From: a virus | Taxonomy: Duplodnaviria; Heunggongvirae; Uroviricota; Caudoviricetes | Length of the DNA: 36,110 nucleotides | IMG/VR virus record: IMGVR_UViG_2585427735_000020 | Direction: 5' to 3' (one strand) | Translations under genes and position numbers: made by a program | Notes under the pieces: generated by a model | What the model was told of the DNA's origin: nothing | Seen by the model: the letters and a program-made list of their open reading frames with translations, nothing else | The model's database searches: none | Part shown: one piece after another, positions 1-9,487 of the stretch | How positions within the stretch are numbered: the first letter of the stretch is position 1 | Layout of the letters: each line of letters opens with the position of its first letter

Positions 1-318
1 ATGAAAAAGATAGCTGCTATATCATTAATTAGTATTTTTATTATGTCTGGTTGTGCTGTGCATAATGATGAGACAAGTATCGGTAAATTTGGTCTTGCAT
101 ATAAAAGTAATATTCAGCGTAAACTCGATAACCAATACTACACCGAAGCCGAAGCTTCTTTAGCCAGGGGCAGAATATCTGGTGCAGAAAATATAGTAAA
201 AAATGATGCAGCCCATTTCTGTGTTACTCAGGGCAAAAAAATGCAGATAGTTGACCTGAAGACAGAAGGTGCAGGATTACATGGCGTCGCTCGTCTGACA
301 TTCAAATGTGGAGAGTGA
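1..318 (+). CDS. yegR: Small putative lipoprotein (host gene flanking the prophage), 105 aa
   Basis: ORF with N-terminal signal peptide and lipobox-like IMSGC; lies outside the att repeat; position matches the yegR side of the cyaR-yegQ locus as I recall it. Confidence 0.5.
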   Translation: MKKIAAISLISIFIMSGCAVHNDETSIGKFGLAYKSNIQRKLDNQYYTEAEASLARGRISGAENIVKNDAAHFCVTQGKKMQIVDLKTEGAGLHGVARLTFKCGE

Positions 319-475
319 GAATATTTTTTGGTAAGCGTCAAACATGCGCGTTCTGGTTGTGCTTAGCCGGAACCTGTGCGAGCACGATGCCGTTACGTGA
401 AAGGCATCGTGCTATGAAGGGAGATTCTATCGATGTGGTCAATGGAAGACGGTGACCAGGGATAGGGCTTATGCA

Positions 476-503
476 TAAAAAATAAGCCCGTGTAAGGGAG
501 ATT
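476..503. repeat. attL core, 28-bp direct repeat TAAAAAATAAGCCCGTGTAAGGGAGATT
   Basis: Exact copy of 34577..34604; matches the P2 att core as I recall it; adjacent to int. Confidence 0.85.
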
Positions 504-582
504 TAGGGTGTCACCAGTAGGGGCTTTCAACGGTACAATGCGGGTTTGAGCGGCATAAATTACCACTGAAAGCCCTTAAACG

Positions 583-1596
583 TTACTCTACTGTGGACAC
601 TGTGTGGACACTCTCGGCTTCAGTACCACCTCTTAGCGGATTAAGAGAAATGGCGTCCTGAAGGTACTCTGGCGCAAAATGAGCGTAAACCATAGTTTGC
701 TCAATCCGCGTGTGACCTAGTATCCGTTGTAGCGTGATAATACTTCCTCCATTAATCATGAAATGAGTGGCAAAGCTGTGCCTTAGTGCATGTGTGGCTT
801 GCCCCGTTGGCAAATCCGGTTTTATTGCTTTCATTGTTCGTCTGAAGCGAGGGTAATCAGCATCAGGGAATAAAAAACCTCGTTTGTTATCCGCGATCAT
901 TTTGGCAACAGCCTCTGAGATCGGGACGGTGCGTGGTTTGTTTGTTTTCGTTTTAACAAACGTGACGCGGTTATGGATGATATTTTCTGCTTTCAAACGA
1001 GCTGCTTCTCCCCAACGTGCTCCTGTACTCAGGCAAAGAATCGCAATCTTTTTGTTGTCGCCGTCAAGTGCTGCAAGCAGTAAGGCAATTTCTTCCTGTG
1101 TGAGATAGCCTGTTTCTGGTTTTTCCTCCTTAAGCCTCTTTGTCCCTCTGATAGGGTGCTCACCAAAGAATAACTCCGCTTCAATCAGGGCTGTAAACAT
1201 GCCGCTAATACATGTTAAATCACGATTGATACTCGAAGGTTTAATACCCTGACTTCTTCGGGTGGCGCAGTACTGGCTGATAAGGGATTTCGTGATTTGA
1301 AATGCGCATGGGTCATTCGTTATTTTTGTGAAGATTTCAATTTTTCCAAGATTAGATTTCCCATTCTCTTCGTGTTTACCCTTTAAATCCCACCAGATCT
1401 GTGTCAGTTCCGACAGACGTCGTTTGTCTGTTGGTTTTGATAGCCATTCTTTATTGTGGTGGTTGTACAACGTGTATTTTTCGAAAGCGACAGCTTCGCT
1501 TTTCTTATCAAACTTCCTACGGATGCGTTTTCCGTTACGTCCAGTAGGGCGGATGTCCACTTCATATCGACCATCATCGAGTTTTTTGATTGCCAT
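583..1596 (-). CDS. int: P2-type tyrosine integrase, 337 aa
   Basis: 337-aa ORF with C-terminal R...HxxR...Y-type catalytic region (ATHALRHSFATH, RILGHTRIEQTMVYAHF); adjacent to attL. Confidence 0.9.
   Translation of the reverse strand: MAIKKLDDGRYEVDIRPTGRNGKRIRRKFDKKSEAVAFEKYTLYNHHNKEWLSKPTDKRRLSELTQIWWDLKGKHEENGKSNLGKIEIFTKITNDPCAFQITKSLISQYCATRRSQGIKPSSINRDLTCISGMFTALIEAELFFGEHPIRGTKRLKEEKPETGYLTQEEIALLLAALDGDNKKIAILCLSTGARWGEAARLKAENIIHNRVTFVKTKTNKPRTVPISEAVAKMIADNKRGFLFPDADYPRFRRTMKAIKPDLPTGQATHALRHSFATHFMINGGSIITLQRILGHTRIEQTMVYAHFAPEYLQDAISLNPLRGGTEAESVHTVSTVE
592..611. promoter_or_regulatory. Tandem direct repeats TGTGGACAC x2 (candidate Int arm-type binding sites, P' arm)
   Basis: Two 9-nt copies at 592..600 and 603..611, 11 bp apart, overlapping the int 3' end; related TGTGG(T/A)C motifs occur next to attR at 34519..34537. 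Confidence 0.4.
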
Positions 1597-1711
1597 CAGA
1601 AAACCCTCCGAGTGGTACTTTTTTTTGCTACTACTAATCGCTTTTTTCGTGGTGGCTGAAATTTAGCCACCAATAGTAGGCACTTGTGATGAATATATTC
1701 ACGATAAATTG

Positions 1712-2011
1712 TTAACCAGTCTTTTGACCGGAGTGGGGCGACGTTGTTTCGTTTTGCCCAAAGTGTGCGAGAGCGGGCGCAATTTGCCCGGCTTCTGGAG
1801 CTACCTGATCAGTCATGAACCACAAAGTATATTTAGTAAATCTGGGATGTTGTAAGACCTTCATTATGGCTTCAACTCCAGCGTTTTTTGACCGGCTCTC
1901 ATAGCTCGAAAGTGAGCTGTAGGCTACACCAGTTAATTCACTGAATTCTTTACGGTTTAACCTTTCAGATTCACGGATTAACTTCAACTTCTCCGAAACG
2001 TCTATTGACAT
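1712..2011 (-). CDS. C: P2 C-type immunity repressor, 99 aa
   Basis: 99-aa ORF from the internal ATG at 2011 (MSIDVSEK...) with GGAG upstream; divergent to cox; C-terminal ...FTKYTLWFMTDQVAPEAGQIAPALAHFGQ typical of P2 C. Confidence 0.75.
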   Translation of the reverse strand: MSIDVSEKLKLIRESERLNRKEFSELTGVAYSSLSSYESRSKNAGVEAIMKVLQHPRFTKYTLWFMTDQVAPEAGQIAPALAHFGQNETTSPHSGQKTG

Positions 2012-2088
2012 AATTACTCCGATTGCATAATTTCTTGCTGATGGTGTGAAATGTTGTGCTTCTGGAGTTATCCTTTTAGGCAATAATT

Positions 2089-2107
2089 AGCCATTAGGAG
2101 CCATTAG
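2089..2107. promoter_or_regulatory. Direct repeat AGCCATTAG x2, 10 bp centre-to-centre (candidate C repressor operator over the early promoter)
   Basis: Seen in the C/cox divergent intergenic region at 2089..2097 and 2099..2107. Confidence 0.4.
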
Positions 2108-2132
2108 AAGCACTAAGGGAGAATCGTAGCAG

Positions 2133-2410
2133 ATGAATAGACAGCTTGTAAGCGTGACTGATGCCGTGCCTTATCAGGAGTTTGCAAAACTCATTGGTAA
2201 AACTCCAAGAGCTGTAAGGGGCATGATTGAGATGCGAAAGGGAAATTACCAGTTATTGAGATTACTGACCCTCAGTCAGTATCGGGGCGTGCTGGTGAAT
2301 ATTGGGTATACCTTCCGGCATGGAATAACGGACTAAAACTGGCTTATGAAAGCCGTCCTAAAGAGATTCGTGACGGCTGGTTGATGTGGTTAGGTCTCGG
2401 TGAACCACGT
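2133..2410 (+). pseudogene. cox: cox (excisionase / Pc repressor) with apparent -1 frameshift
   Basis: N-terminal 30 codons from the ATG at 2133 (MNRQLVSVTDAVPYQEFAKLIGKTPRAVRGMIE) run in frame 1; the Cox-like C-terminus (GKLPVIEITDPQ...LAYESRPKEIRDGWLMWLGLGEPR) continues in the -1 frame to stop 2411..2413 just before the next gene's SD; shift near 2235..2243 (GGG run). Confidence 0.55.
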
Positions 2411-2423
2411 TAAGGAGAACCGT

Positions 2424-2594
2424 ATGAATGAGCCTCGTTGTATTGCTCAGTTATTGCGTAACGAAAGCCCCAGGGCGATTGACTTCACCATCACCCACGG
2501 TAAGGGGCGTAAGGGAATCATTATCCGCACCAAAAAACAGAGTCCGTTAAAAAAGGCTCTGACCTTTCTGAAAAGCCGGAGGGTCTGGAAATGA
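2424..2594 (+). CDS. Small early protein (P2 orf78-like), 56 aa
   Basis: ATG 2424 preceded by AAGGAG at 2412..2417; basic small protein; position between cox and B. Confidence 0.5.
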   Translation: MNEPRCIAQLLRNESPRAIDFTITHGKGRKGIIIRTKKQSPLKKALTFLKSRRVWK

Positions 2595-3091
2595 CAGTGA
2601 TGACGCTTAATCTCGTTGAAAAACAGCCAGCAGCTATGCGCCGGATAATTGGTAAGCATCTGGCCGTCCCTCGCTGGCAGGAGACATGCGATTATTATAA
2701 TCAGATGATGGAACGCGAACGGCTAACGGTTTGCTTCCATGCGCAGTTAAAACAGCGTCACGCAACGATGCGTTTTGAAGAAATGAACGACGTCGAACGT
2801 GAACGGCTGGTTTGTGCAATTGATGAACTGCGTGGGGCATTCTCAAAACGCCGTCAGGTCGGTGCAAGTGAGTATGCATATATTAGCTTTTTAACTGTCA
2901 GTCAGCGCCGTACTTTATTTATGCATGCCGGATTGACTGAAAAAGAATTCAACCAGCCATACTGGCGAATTAATGAAGAATCATGTTACTGGCGTGATGC
3001 CTTATTCCGTGCATTACGTGAATTATTCAGCCTGTTTGAGTATGCACCGACAATTCTGACGTCGGTAAAACCAGAGCAATATCTGCATTAA
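2591..3091 (+). CDS. B: Replication protein B (helicase loader-like), 166 aa
   Basis: 166 aa, same length and position as P2 gpB; start overlaps the previous stop. Confidence 0.75.
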   Translation: MTVMTLNLVEKQPAAMRRIIGKHLAVPRWQETCDYYNQMMERERLTVCFHAQLKQRHATMRFEEMNDVERERLVCAIDELRGAFSKRRQVGASEYAYISFLTVSQRRTLFMHAGLTEKEFNQPYWRINEESCYWRDALFRALRELFSLFEYAPTILTSVKPEQYLH

Positions 3092-3154
3092 GTAATTAAC
3101 CAGAGTTTTTAACGCACTTAATTGTGCGGGGCTTCTTTTTGCCTGGAGAAAGTC

Positions 3155-3379
3155 ATGCATACAGTTTCTGAAAATCAGTGCGGTAAATACGCATTACTGC
3201 TGCAACAGGCCAGAACCGAAGCACAGGCCGACGCAGCGACGCGCTTTTCTTCTCATCTTGACGCCATGATTCGCCACATCACAAAGGCGGAGTTATCCCG
3301 CGTGGAGATAGTCGAGCTGCTCAGTCAGGAGTCGGAAAAATTTCACAATATCGGATTGTCTCGCGGGGAGGTGCTTTGA
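3155..3379 (+). CDS. Small early protein (P2 orf80-like)
   Basis: ATG 3155 with GGAGA SD 5 nt upstream; the ORF track extends to a TTG at 3122. Confidence 0.5.
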   Translation: MHTVSENQCGKYALLLQQARTEAQADAATRFSSHLDAMIRHITKAELSRVEIVELLSQESEKFHNIGLSRGEVL

Positions 3380-3681
3380 TGTCCTGTTCTCGTTCAGTTG
3401 TATTACTGAATAACGCCTTAAAAATCGCCGTTATGAAAAATGGCGATTTATCTCTTATTCAACTTGGTCTTGATAAAGAAAAACGCGAAATAACTGAGTC
3501 TGTTATCGCGATTTATCAGAACGAATTAAATCTCCTGTCTGATGTGGTCAATTTACTTGTTAAACGCGCTGTATTTCACAAGCAAATCTCCTCCGTGGAT
3601 GAACTGACGAAATTAACGACAGAAATCGCCAGCTATTGCGCTGATGAATTTAAAAAACTGAACGACAAAAGGAACTGGTAA
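3376..3681 (+). CDS. Small early protein (P2 orf81-like), 101 aa
   Basis: Translationally coupled ORF in the early operon. Confidence 0.5.
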   Translation: MMSCSRSVVLLNNALKIAVMKNGDLSLIQLGLDKEKREITESVIAIYQNELNLLSDVVNLLVKRAVFHKQISSVDELTKLTTEIASYCADEFKKLNDKRNW

Positions 3682-3905
3682 TGCCGGACAACGTAGATTT
3701 TATTCAGGAACAACAGGCTGAATTACTGGAGCGCCAGATTAACGCGGCAAGGGTAAAACATTGCGGTGCTTCTGCGCTGGTTTGCGAAGAGTGTGACGCG
3801 CCAATACCTGCTGCCCGTCGTGCGGCTTATCCGTCAGCCACGCGTTGTGTTTCCTGTCAGGCAGTCTTTGAAGCAAAAAACAAACATTACCGGAGAACGG
3901 CATGA
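3681..3905 (+). CDS. TraR/DksA-family C4 zinc-finger protein (P2 orf82-like), 74 aa
   Basis: CxxC...CxxC pattern (CEECDAPIPAARRAAYPSATRCVSC) in a 74-aa protein. Confidence 0.6.
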   Translation: MPDNVDFIQEQQAELLERQINAARVKHCGASALVCEECDAPIPAARRAAYPSATRCVSCQAVFEAKNKHYRRTA

Positions 3906-4177
3906 GTATTCGTATTGAAATTGGCGAACGTTATGTCGTTACCAGTGACAGCTTTCAGTTTATTCTCCACGAGAAAAAGAGAGCGGAAAGCGGTAAAAAC
4001 GCCGGTCAGGAATGGCTGGCGGTGGTTGGTTATTACCCGAAATTAAGCCAGCTCGTTTCCGGCCTGATGCATCACGATATTCTGACCGGAAGCGCAAAGT
4101 CTTTTGCTGATTTAAACGCGCAGGTTGAGCAACTCAGCAAGCGTTGTTCAGAGGCTTTTGGCTCATATGACCGTTAA
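3902..4177 (+). CDS. Small early protein (P2 orf83-like), 91 aa
   Basis: Coupled ORF directly upstream of gene A. Confidence 0.5.
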   Translation: MSIRIEIGERYVVTSDSFQFILHEKKRAESGKNAGQEWLAVVGYYPKLSQLVSGLMHHDILTGSAKSFADLNAQVEQLSKRCSEAFGSYDR

Positions 4178-6269
4178 AGCCTCCGGGCATTTTGTCCCTC
4201 CGTCAGTATTTGCCGCAGGCACCGGTGAGACGTTTACCGGTGCTTATGCATGGAACGCGCCACGCGAGGCCGTCGGGCGCGAAAGACCCCTTACACGTGA
4301 CGAGATGCGTCAGGTGCAAGGTGTTTTATCCACGATTAACCGCCTGCCTTACTTTTTGCGCTCGCTGTTTACTTCACGCTATGACTACATCCGGCGCAAT
4401 AAAAGCCCGGTGCACGGGTTTTATTTCCTCACATCCACTTTTCAGCGTCGTTTATGGCCGCGCATTGAGCGTGTGAATCAGCGCCATGAAATGAACACCG
4501 ACGCGTCGTTGCTGTTTCTGGCAGAGCGTGACCACTATGCGCGCCTGCCGGGAATGAATGACAAGGAGCTGAAAAAGTTTGCCGCCCGTATCTCATCGCA
4601 GCTTTTCATGATGTATGAGGAACTCAGCGATGCCTGGGTGGATGCACATGGCGAAAAAGAATCGCTGTTTACGGATGAGGCGCAGGCTCACCTCTATGGT
4701 CATGTTGCTGGCGCTGCACGTGCTTTCAATATTTCCCCGCTTTACTGGAAAAAATACCGTAAAGGACAGATGACCACGAGGCAGGCATATTCTGCCATTG
4801 CCCGTCTGTTTAACGATGAGTGGTGGACTCATCAGCTCAAAGGCCAGCGTATGCGCTGGCATGAGGCGTTACTGATTGCTGTCGGGGAGGTGAATAAAGA
4901 CCGTTCTCCTTATGCCAGTAAACATGCCATTCGTGATGTGCGTGCACGCCGCCAGGCAAATCTGGAATTTCTTAAATCGTGTGACCTTGAAAACAGGGAA
5001 ACCGGCGAGCGCATCGACCTTATCAGTAAGGTGATGGGCAGTATTTCTAATCCTGAAATTCGCCGGATGGAGCTGATGAACACCATTGCCGGTATTGAGC
5101 GTTACGCCGCCGCAGAGGGTGATGTGGGGATGTTTATCACGCTTACCGCGCCGTCAAAGTATCACCCGACACGTCAGGTCGGAAAAGGCGAAAGTAAAAC
5201 CGTCCAGCTAAATCACGGCTGGAACGATGAGGCATTTAATCCAAAGGATGCGCAACGTTATCTCTGCCATATCTGGAGCCTGATGCGCACGGCATTCAAG
5301 GATAATGATTTACAGGTCTACGGTTTGCGTGTCGTCGAGCCACACCACGACGGAACGCCGCACTGGCATATGATGCTTTTTTGTAATCCACGCCAGCGTA
5401 ACCAGATTATCGAAATTATGCGTCGCTATGCGCTCAAAGAGGATGGCGACGAAAGAGGAGCCGCGCGAAACCGTTTTCAGGCAAAACACCTTAACCAGGG
5501 CGGTGCTGCGGGGTATATCGCGAAATACATCTCAAAAAACATCGATGGCTATGCACTGGATGGTCAGCTCGATAACGATACCGGCAGACCGCTGAAAGAC
5601 ACGGCTGCGGCTGTTACCGCATGGGCGTCAACGTGGCGCATCCCACAATTTAAAACGGTTGGTCTGCCGACAATGGGGGCTTACCGTGAACTACGAAAAT
5701 TGCCTCGCGGCGTCAGCATTGCTGATGAGTTTGACGAGCGCGTCGAGGCTGCACGCGCCGCCGCAGACAGTGGTGATTTTGCGTTGTATATCAGCGCGCA
5801 GGGTGGGGCAAATGTCCCGCGCGATTGTCAGACTGTCAGGGTCGCCCGTAGTCCGTCGGATGAAGTTAACGAGTACGAGGAAGAAGTCGAGAGAGTGGTC
5901 GGCATTTACGCGCCGCATCTCGGCGCGCGTCATATTCATATCACCAGAACGACGGACTGGCGCATTGTGCCGAAAGTTCCGGTCGTTGAGCCTTTGACTT
6001 TAAAAAGCGGCATCGCCGCGCCTCGGAGTCCTGTCAATAACTGTGGAAAGCTCACCGGTGGTGATACTTCGTTACCGGCTCCCACGCCTTCTGAGCACGC
6101 CGCAGCAGTGCTTAATCTGGTTGATGACGGTGTTATCGAATGGAATGACCCGGAGGTCGTGAGGGCGCTCAGAGGTGCACTAAAACACGGTCTAAGGACA
6201 CAAAATTATCTGCGAGACACAGCTCGCTCCCTAGATTCATGTTTACTCATGATTGGTGATTTTATATAA
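4167..6269 (+). CDS. A: Rolling-circle replication initiator gpA (HUH endonuclease)
   Basis: About 700 aa; HWHMMLF (HUH-like) and GYIAKYISK tyrosine motif; start taken as the ATG at 4167 (the track's TTG at 4125 is possible). Confidence 0.85.
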   Translation: MTVKASGHFVPPSVFAAGTGETFTGAYAWNAPREAVGRERPLTRDEMRQVQGVLSTINRLPYFLRSLFTSRYDYIRRNKSPVHGFYFLTSTFQRRLWPRIERVNQRHEMNTDASLLFLAERDHYARLPGMNDKELKKFAARISSQLFMMYEELSDAWVDAHGEKESLFTDEAQAHLYGHVAGAARAFNISPLYWKKYRKGQMTTRQAYSAIARLFNDEWWTHQLKGQRMRWHEALLIAVGEVNKDRSPYASKHAIRDVRARRQANLEFLKSCDLENRETGERIDLISKVMGSISNPEIRRMELMNTIAGIERYAAAEGDVGMFITLTAPSKYHPTRQVGKGESKTVQLNHGWNDEAFNPKDAQRYLCHIWSLMRTAFKDNDLQVYGLRVVEPHHDGTPHWHMMLFCNPRQRNQIIEIMRRYALKEDGDERGAARNRFQAKHLNQGGAAGYIAKYISKNIDGYALDGQLDNDTGRPLKDTAAAVTAWASTWRIPQFKTVGLPTMGAYRELRKLPRGVSIADEFDERVEAARAAADSGDFALYISAQGGANVPRDCQTVRVARSPSDEVNEYEEEVERVVGIYAPHLGARHIHITRTTDWRIVPKVPVVEPLTLKSGIAAPRSPVNNCGKLTGGDTSLPAPTPSEHAAAVLNLVDDGVIEWNDPEVVRALRGALKHGLRTQNYLRDTARSLDSCLLMIGDFI

Positions 6270-6451
6270 AAGCGGGGAGTGGTCTTCAAAATGCTCCTGT
6301 AGCATTACGTGTAGACTTATAATAGAAATTATATACAAATCAATAAGTTATTTTTGTTTTGTATTATGTGTTGATGCTTTGGTTTCATAATGTAAAAATT
6401 ATCAGAAATTCTCTGCTTGTAGTTTCGTCATATAACGAAAGGGATTGCTTA

Positions 6452-9400
6452 ATGTTTAATTCTTATACTGAATTTGTAAAGTCTTTGGTATTGGATATTC
6501 GGAAAGGTAAAGACGTTAGTTTTCTTCTGGGGTCAGCCGTGAGTTGCTCGCCGGAGGGGAATGGGGTACCGGGCGTTTCAGGGATGAATGATATTCTGCG
6601 GCAATATATGATTGATTTAGATATTTATGATGGCTTTGAAAGTAACATAATCGGTTTAAGTGAAACTGATAAATATCAAAAAAGTTTCGAATACCTTTTG
6701 AAGGTAGGTGATCAAGATGAAGTTAAAGAAATAATGGCTCTTGCAATGAATAATGCAAGGAGCGGCGACAAATGGTTAATTACTAAATCACTTGATGATT
6801 TTTCAAGGCTTATTTCAGAAACTAGCATTAAAGTAAAATGCATACTTACAACAAATTTTGATCCATTGATTGAAGAGGCATTGTTTAGAGTAAATAGAAA
6901 TTGTAATGTACATAATCTTATTGTAGATCAACCAATTGGTAGCGTTACCAGCTATTCAGGCGAATCCATTCCCGTAGTGCATTTACATGGAGTTTGGGAT
7001 GGAGATACTATGCATACTCAAACTCAGCTTTCTTCATTGAGGAAAAAAATTGAGTTGTCAATAAAAAATATATTGGATACAAGTAAATTATATGTTATTG
7101 GATATGCAGGTTGGGATGATGTTTTTCTACAGGCGTTAAGAAACATCGTCCATGAGTTTCAGCCAAGTTATAATGTTAGATGGGGTTTTTATAAAAACTC
7201 AATTGATGATGTGAGTAAAGAACATTCACGATTGATTGAAATTATTCAACCAGCGCTTGTTAATGCTCGTTTTCAAGGATATGTTGGGGTTGACTGTAAT
7301 ACATACTTTGAAGATGCTTTGGCTGAGATTAGTAAAAAAAAACAATTAAGTAAGTTTGTTGTAAAAAAAACTGGATTACAGCCGATAACAGAAAGCATAG
7401 TTATTTCGCTGAGACCCTATAACCTTTCAGTTGAGCCTGCGCATGATATAATTAGATTAGTAGAGCAAAAAAAAGCCACTGATTATTTAAATAATAACAA
7501 TCATTTTGAGCTTGTTTCTGGTTGGGGATACGGAAAAGCAGGTTTTTTATATTCTTTTATTCATGATGAATTTTATGATTTCACATGTTATTATAGTGAT
7601 GTCAATGGATTGACTGAATCTCGTGATATTGAAGTTAAAATAAAACAGGATATCGGTATCGATATTGCAACCTTCATATCTAATAATGGATTAGGAAAGC
7701 GGATTTTAATTCTTGATAACATAGCCAGACTTCCTCCATCAACTAAAGCTTTCTTTTCTGAGATTGCGAAATTATCATCAGATCTTAGTTCTGGTGTGAA
7801 AGTTATTTTTGTATCAGCGACATGTAACGGGATATGCTCTGGTATAGTGGAATTACAGCCTTTATCTTTAGATGATATAAAGGAGTATATTAAAGTTGGC
7901 ACTGATATTACTGAAATAAAAAGAGAGAAACTTGATAGGTTGTATGAAATAACAAATGGAATACCTTTAAAATTAGATAAGGTTAAAGAGTATTATGAGT
8001 TAATGTCATTTGATGAAGTCCTTGATGCAGGGAATATTGTTGTTTCGGCAGAGGGAACAAATACGGACATTCCACACTACATATCCAAGCAAATAAACGA
8101 GATTAGAAGTGATAATAGAAAACTATATTCATTACTATGCATTTTCTCTATGCTTGAATATGGGGAGAAATTGACAAATATTCGCTCTTATTATTCATCG
8201 TATGATTTTCATTTTGATGATTTCGCAAAACTAGAAAGATATGGTCTGATTTATACAATTACAAAGGATAATTATAAAATATTAAGGATATCACCAGTTG
8301 TTAGTGATTTTGTAAAGCAGGGTATGGATCCTAACCAACGGTATGAACTTGTAAAAAAATCCCTAGGACTTTGTATCGGTAGCGATTGGATGTCAGGGAA
8401 AGTGAGAGTCTCTCCTACAGTGAAGATGATGCTTGAAAGCACGGAGTTTTATCCTGGAAATGTCCATTCAGCTATTAGTTCATACTTTTCATTAATAGAT
8501 ATTAATAATTATGATCGAGAAGTCAAATCATTAATACATGTTTCTATAGGATATTGCATCTTTTTAAAGAGTGCATGTTACTATAAAGAACTCGTCGCAT
8601 TTTCTCGGATGCTTTATTCTAATATTTCTCATTTGGATATTCTTGATAAATTTAGGGCTGCGTATTTTTTGGCTACAAGTTTAAGAATGATTGATGAGGT
8701 TGAACAAAGTGTTGAATTTATTGAGCCTTTAAGTGATGAGTTCGAGGCAAAAGAGTTTTGTCAAAAGGAATATTATTTTAAAATGCTTGATAATATTATG
8801 ATGGCATGCTCTGAATATAATGATGAAAAAGCACGAAAATACGCAATAAAATTAAAAAAGATAGCTCCAAAGTCTTCTAGTTATTATATCAATGCTGAAG
8901 TTCATTTGGCTGACGAATTGTCTCATGGTAAAAGGGTTAATAAGCTTATTTCTCTCGAGAAAAAGTCCCGAGCTGCTGGGTATAACACGCTGGCTAATAA
9001 TATTAGCATTAAACTTCATTATTTGTTTTCTGGTTCATCTTTCAAATATATTGATAATGCCATAAAAAATGAAGGGGGAGTGTATACTAAGGCCAGGGCG
9101 TTACTTGTTAAGTATGAAGAGTTGGTACGTTGCGGAGAGTTTGAAAAAATTGATGCGGAGGGGGTGAGGGAATTAAAGGCCGTTTATGATTATTTGTTCT
9201 TGCAGCGATTAGATGAGCTTTTTAACAGATGTACCGATGTGTTATGGCAGCTTATGAAAGCGTATCGGGATGTTAATGGCTTATACTACTTATTTAAGCG
9301 TGGTTCTGTAATTTGGCGTGTAACCTCATCTTATGATAAAGAGTTAGAATATGCTAAGGAGTTGAATGAGCAACAGTTTGATATCAGTGGAGGAGGTGAT

Positions 9401-9487
9401 GATATGAAATATTTATCAATCAGACTGAGTTTTTTGGCACTAAAGGTGGAGCGAGATAAGTGTCTGATTGATGCTCCAACATTGTAA
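6452..9487 (+). CDS. Cargo protein, 1011 aa: N-terminal SIR2-like domain + STAND-like NTPase core + C-terminal helical repeats (SIR2-STAND/Avs5-like or DSR-like candidate defence protein)
   Basis: ATG 6452 with GAAAGGGA SD; SIR2 motifs FLLGSAVS...GVPG, TTNFD (6848..6862), HLHG (6980..6991), IGYAGWDD; then GWGYGKAG (7520..7543), ILILDN (about 7700..7720), GIPLKL (7958..7975); AT-rich, replaces tin/old between A and cos. Confidence 0.6.
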   Translation: MFNSYTEFVKSLVLDIRKGKDVSFLLGSAVSCSPEGNGVPGVSGMNDILRQYMIDLDIYDGFESNIIGLSETDKYQKSFEYLLKVGDQDEVKEIMALAMNNARSGDKWLITKSLDDFSRLISETSIKVKCILTTNFDPLIEEALFRVNRNCNVHNLIVDQPIGSVTSYSGESIPVVHLHGVWDGDTMHTQTQLSSLRKKIELSIKNILDTSKLYVIGYAGWDDVFLQALRNIVHEFQPSYNVRWGFYKNSIDDVSKEHSRLIEIIQPALVNARFQGYVGVDCNTYFEDALAEISKKKQLSKFVVKKTGLQPITESIVISLRPYNLSVEPAHDIIRLVEQKKATDYLNNNNHFELVSGWGYGKAGFLYSFIHDEFYDFTCYYSDVNGLTESRDIEVKIKQDIGIDIATFISNNGLGKRILILDNIARLPPSTKAFFSEIAKLSSDLSSGVKVIFVSATCNGICSGIVELQPLSLDDIKEYIKVGTDITEIKREKLDRLYEITNGIPLKLDKVKEYYELMSFDEVLDAGNIVVSAEGTNTDIPHYISKQINEIRSDNRKLYSLLCIFSMLEYGEKLTNIRSYYSSYDFHFDDFAKLERYGLIYTITKDNYKILRISPVVSDFVKQGMDPNQRYELVKKSLGLCIGSDWMSGKVRVSPTVKMMLESTEFYPGNVHSAISSYFSLIDINNYDREVKSLIHVSIGYCIFLKSACYYKELVAFSRMLYSNISHLDILDKFRAAYFLATSLRMIDEVEQSVEFIEPLSDEFEAKEFCQKEYYFKMLDNIMMACSEYNDEKARKYAIKLKKIAPKSSSYYINAEVHLADELSHGKRVNKLISLEKKSRAAGYNTLANNISIKLHYLFSGSSFKYIDNAIKNEGGVYTKARALLVKYEELVRCGEFEKIDAEGVRELKAVYDYLFLQRLDELFNRCTDVLWQLMKAYRDVNGLYYLFKRGSVIWRVTSSYDKELEYAKELNEQQFDISGGGDDMKYLSIRLSFLALKVERDKCLIDAPTL

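Noticed and set aside
6359-6451. 31-codon N-terminal extension of the SIR2 gene as given by the ORF track
   Set aside because: No SD at 6359 and an odd hydrophobic extension; the ATG at 6452 has a good GAAAGGGA SD.
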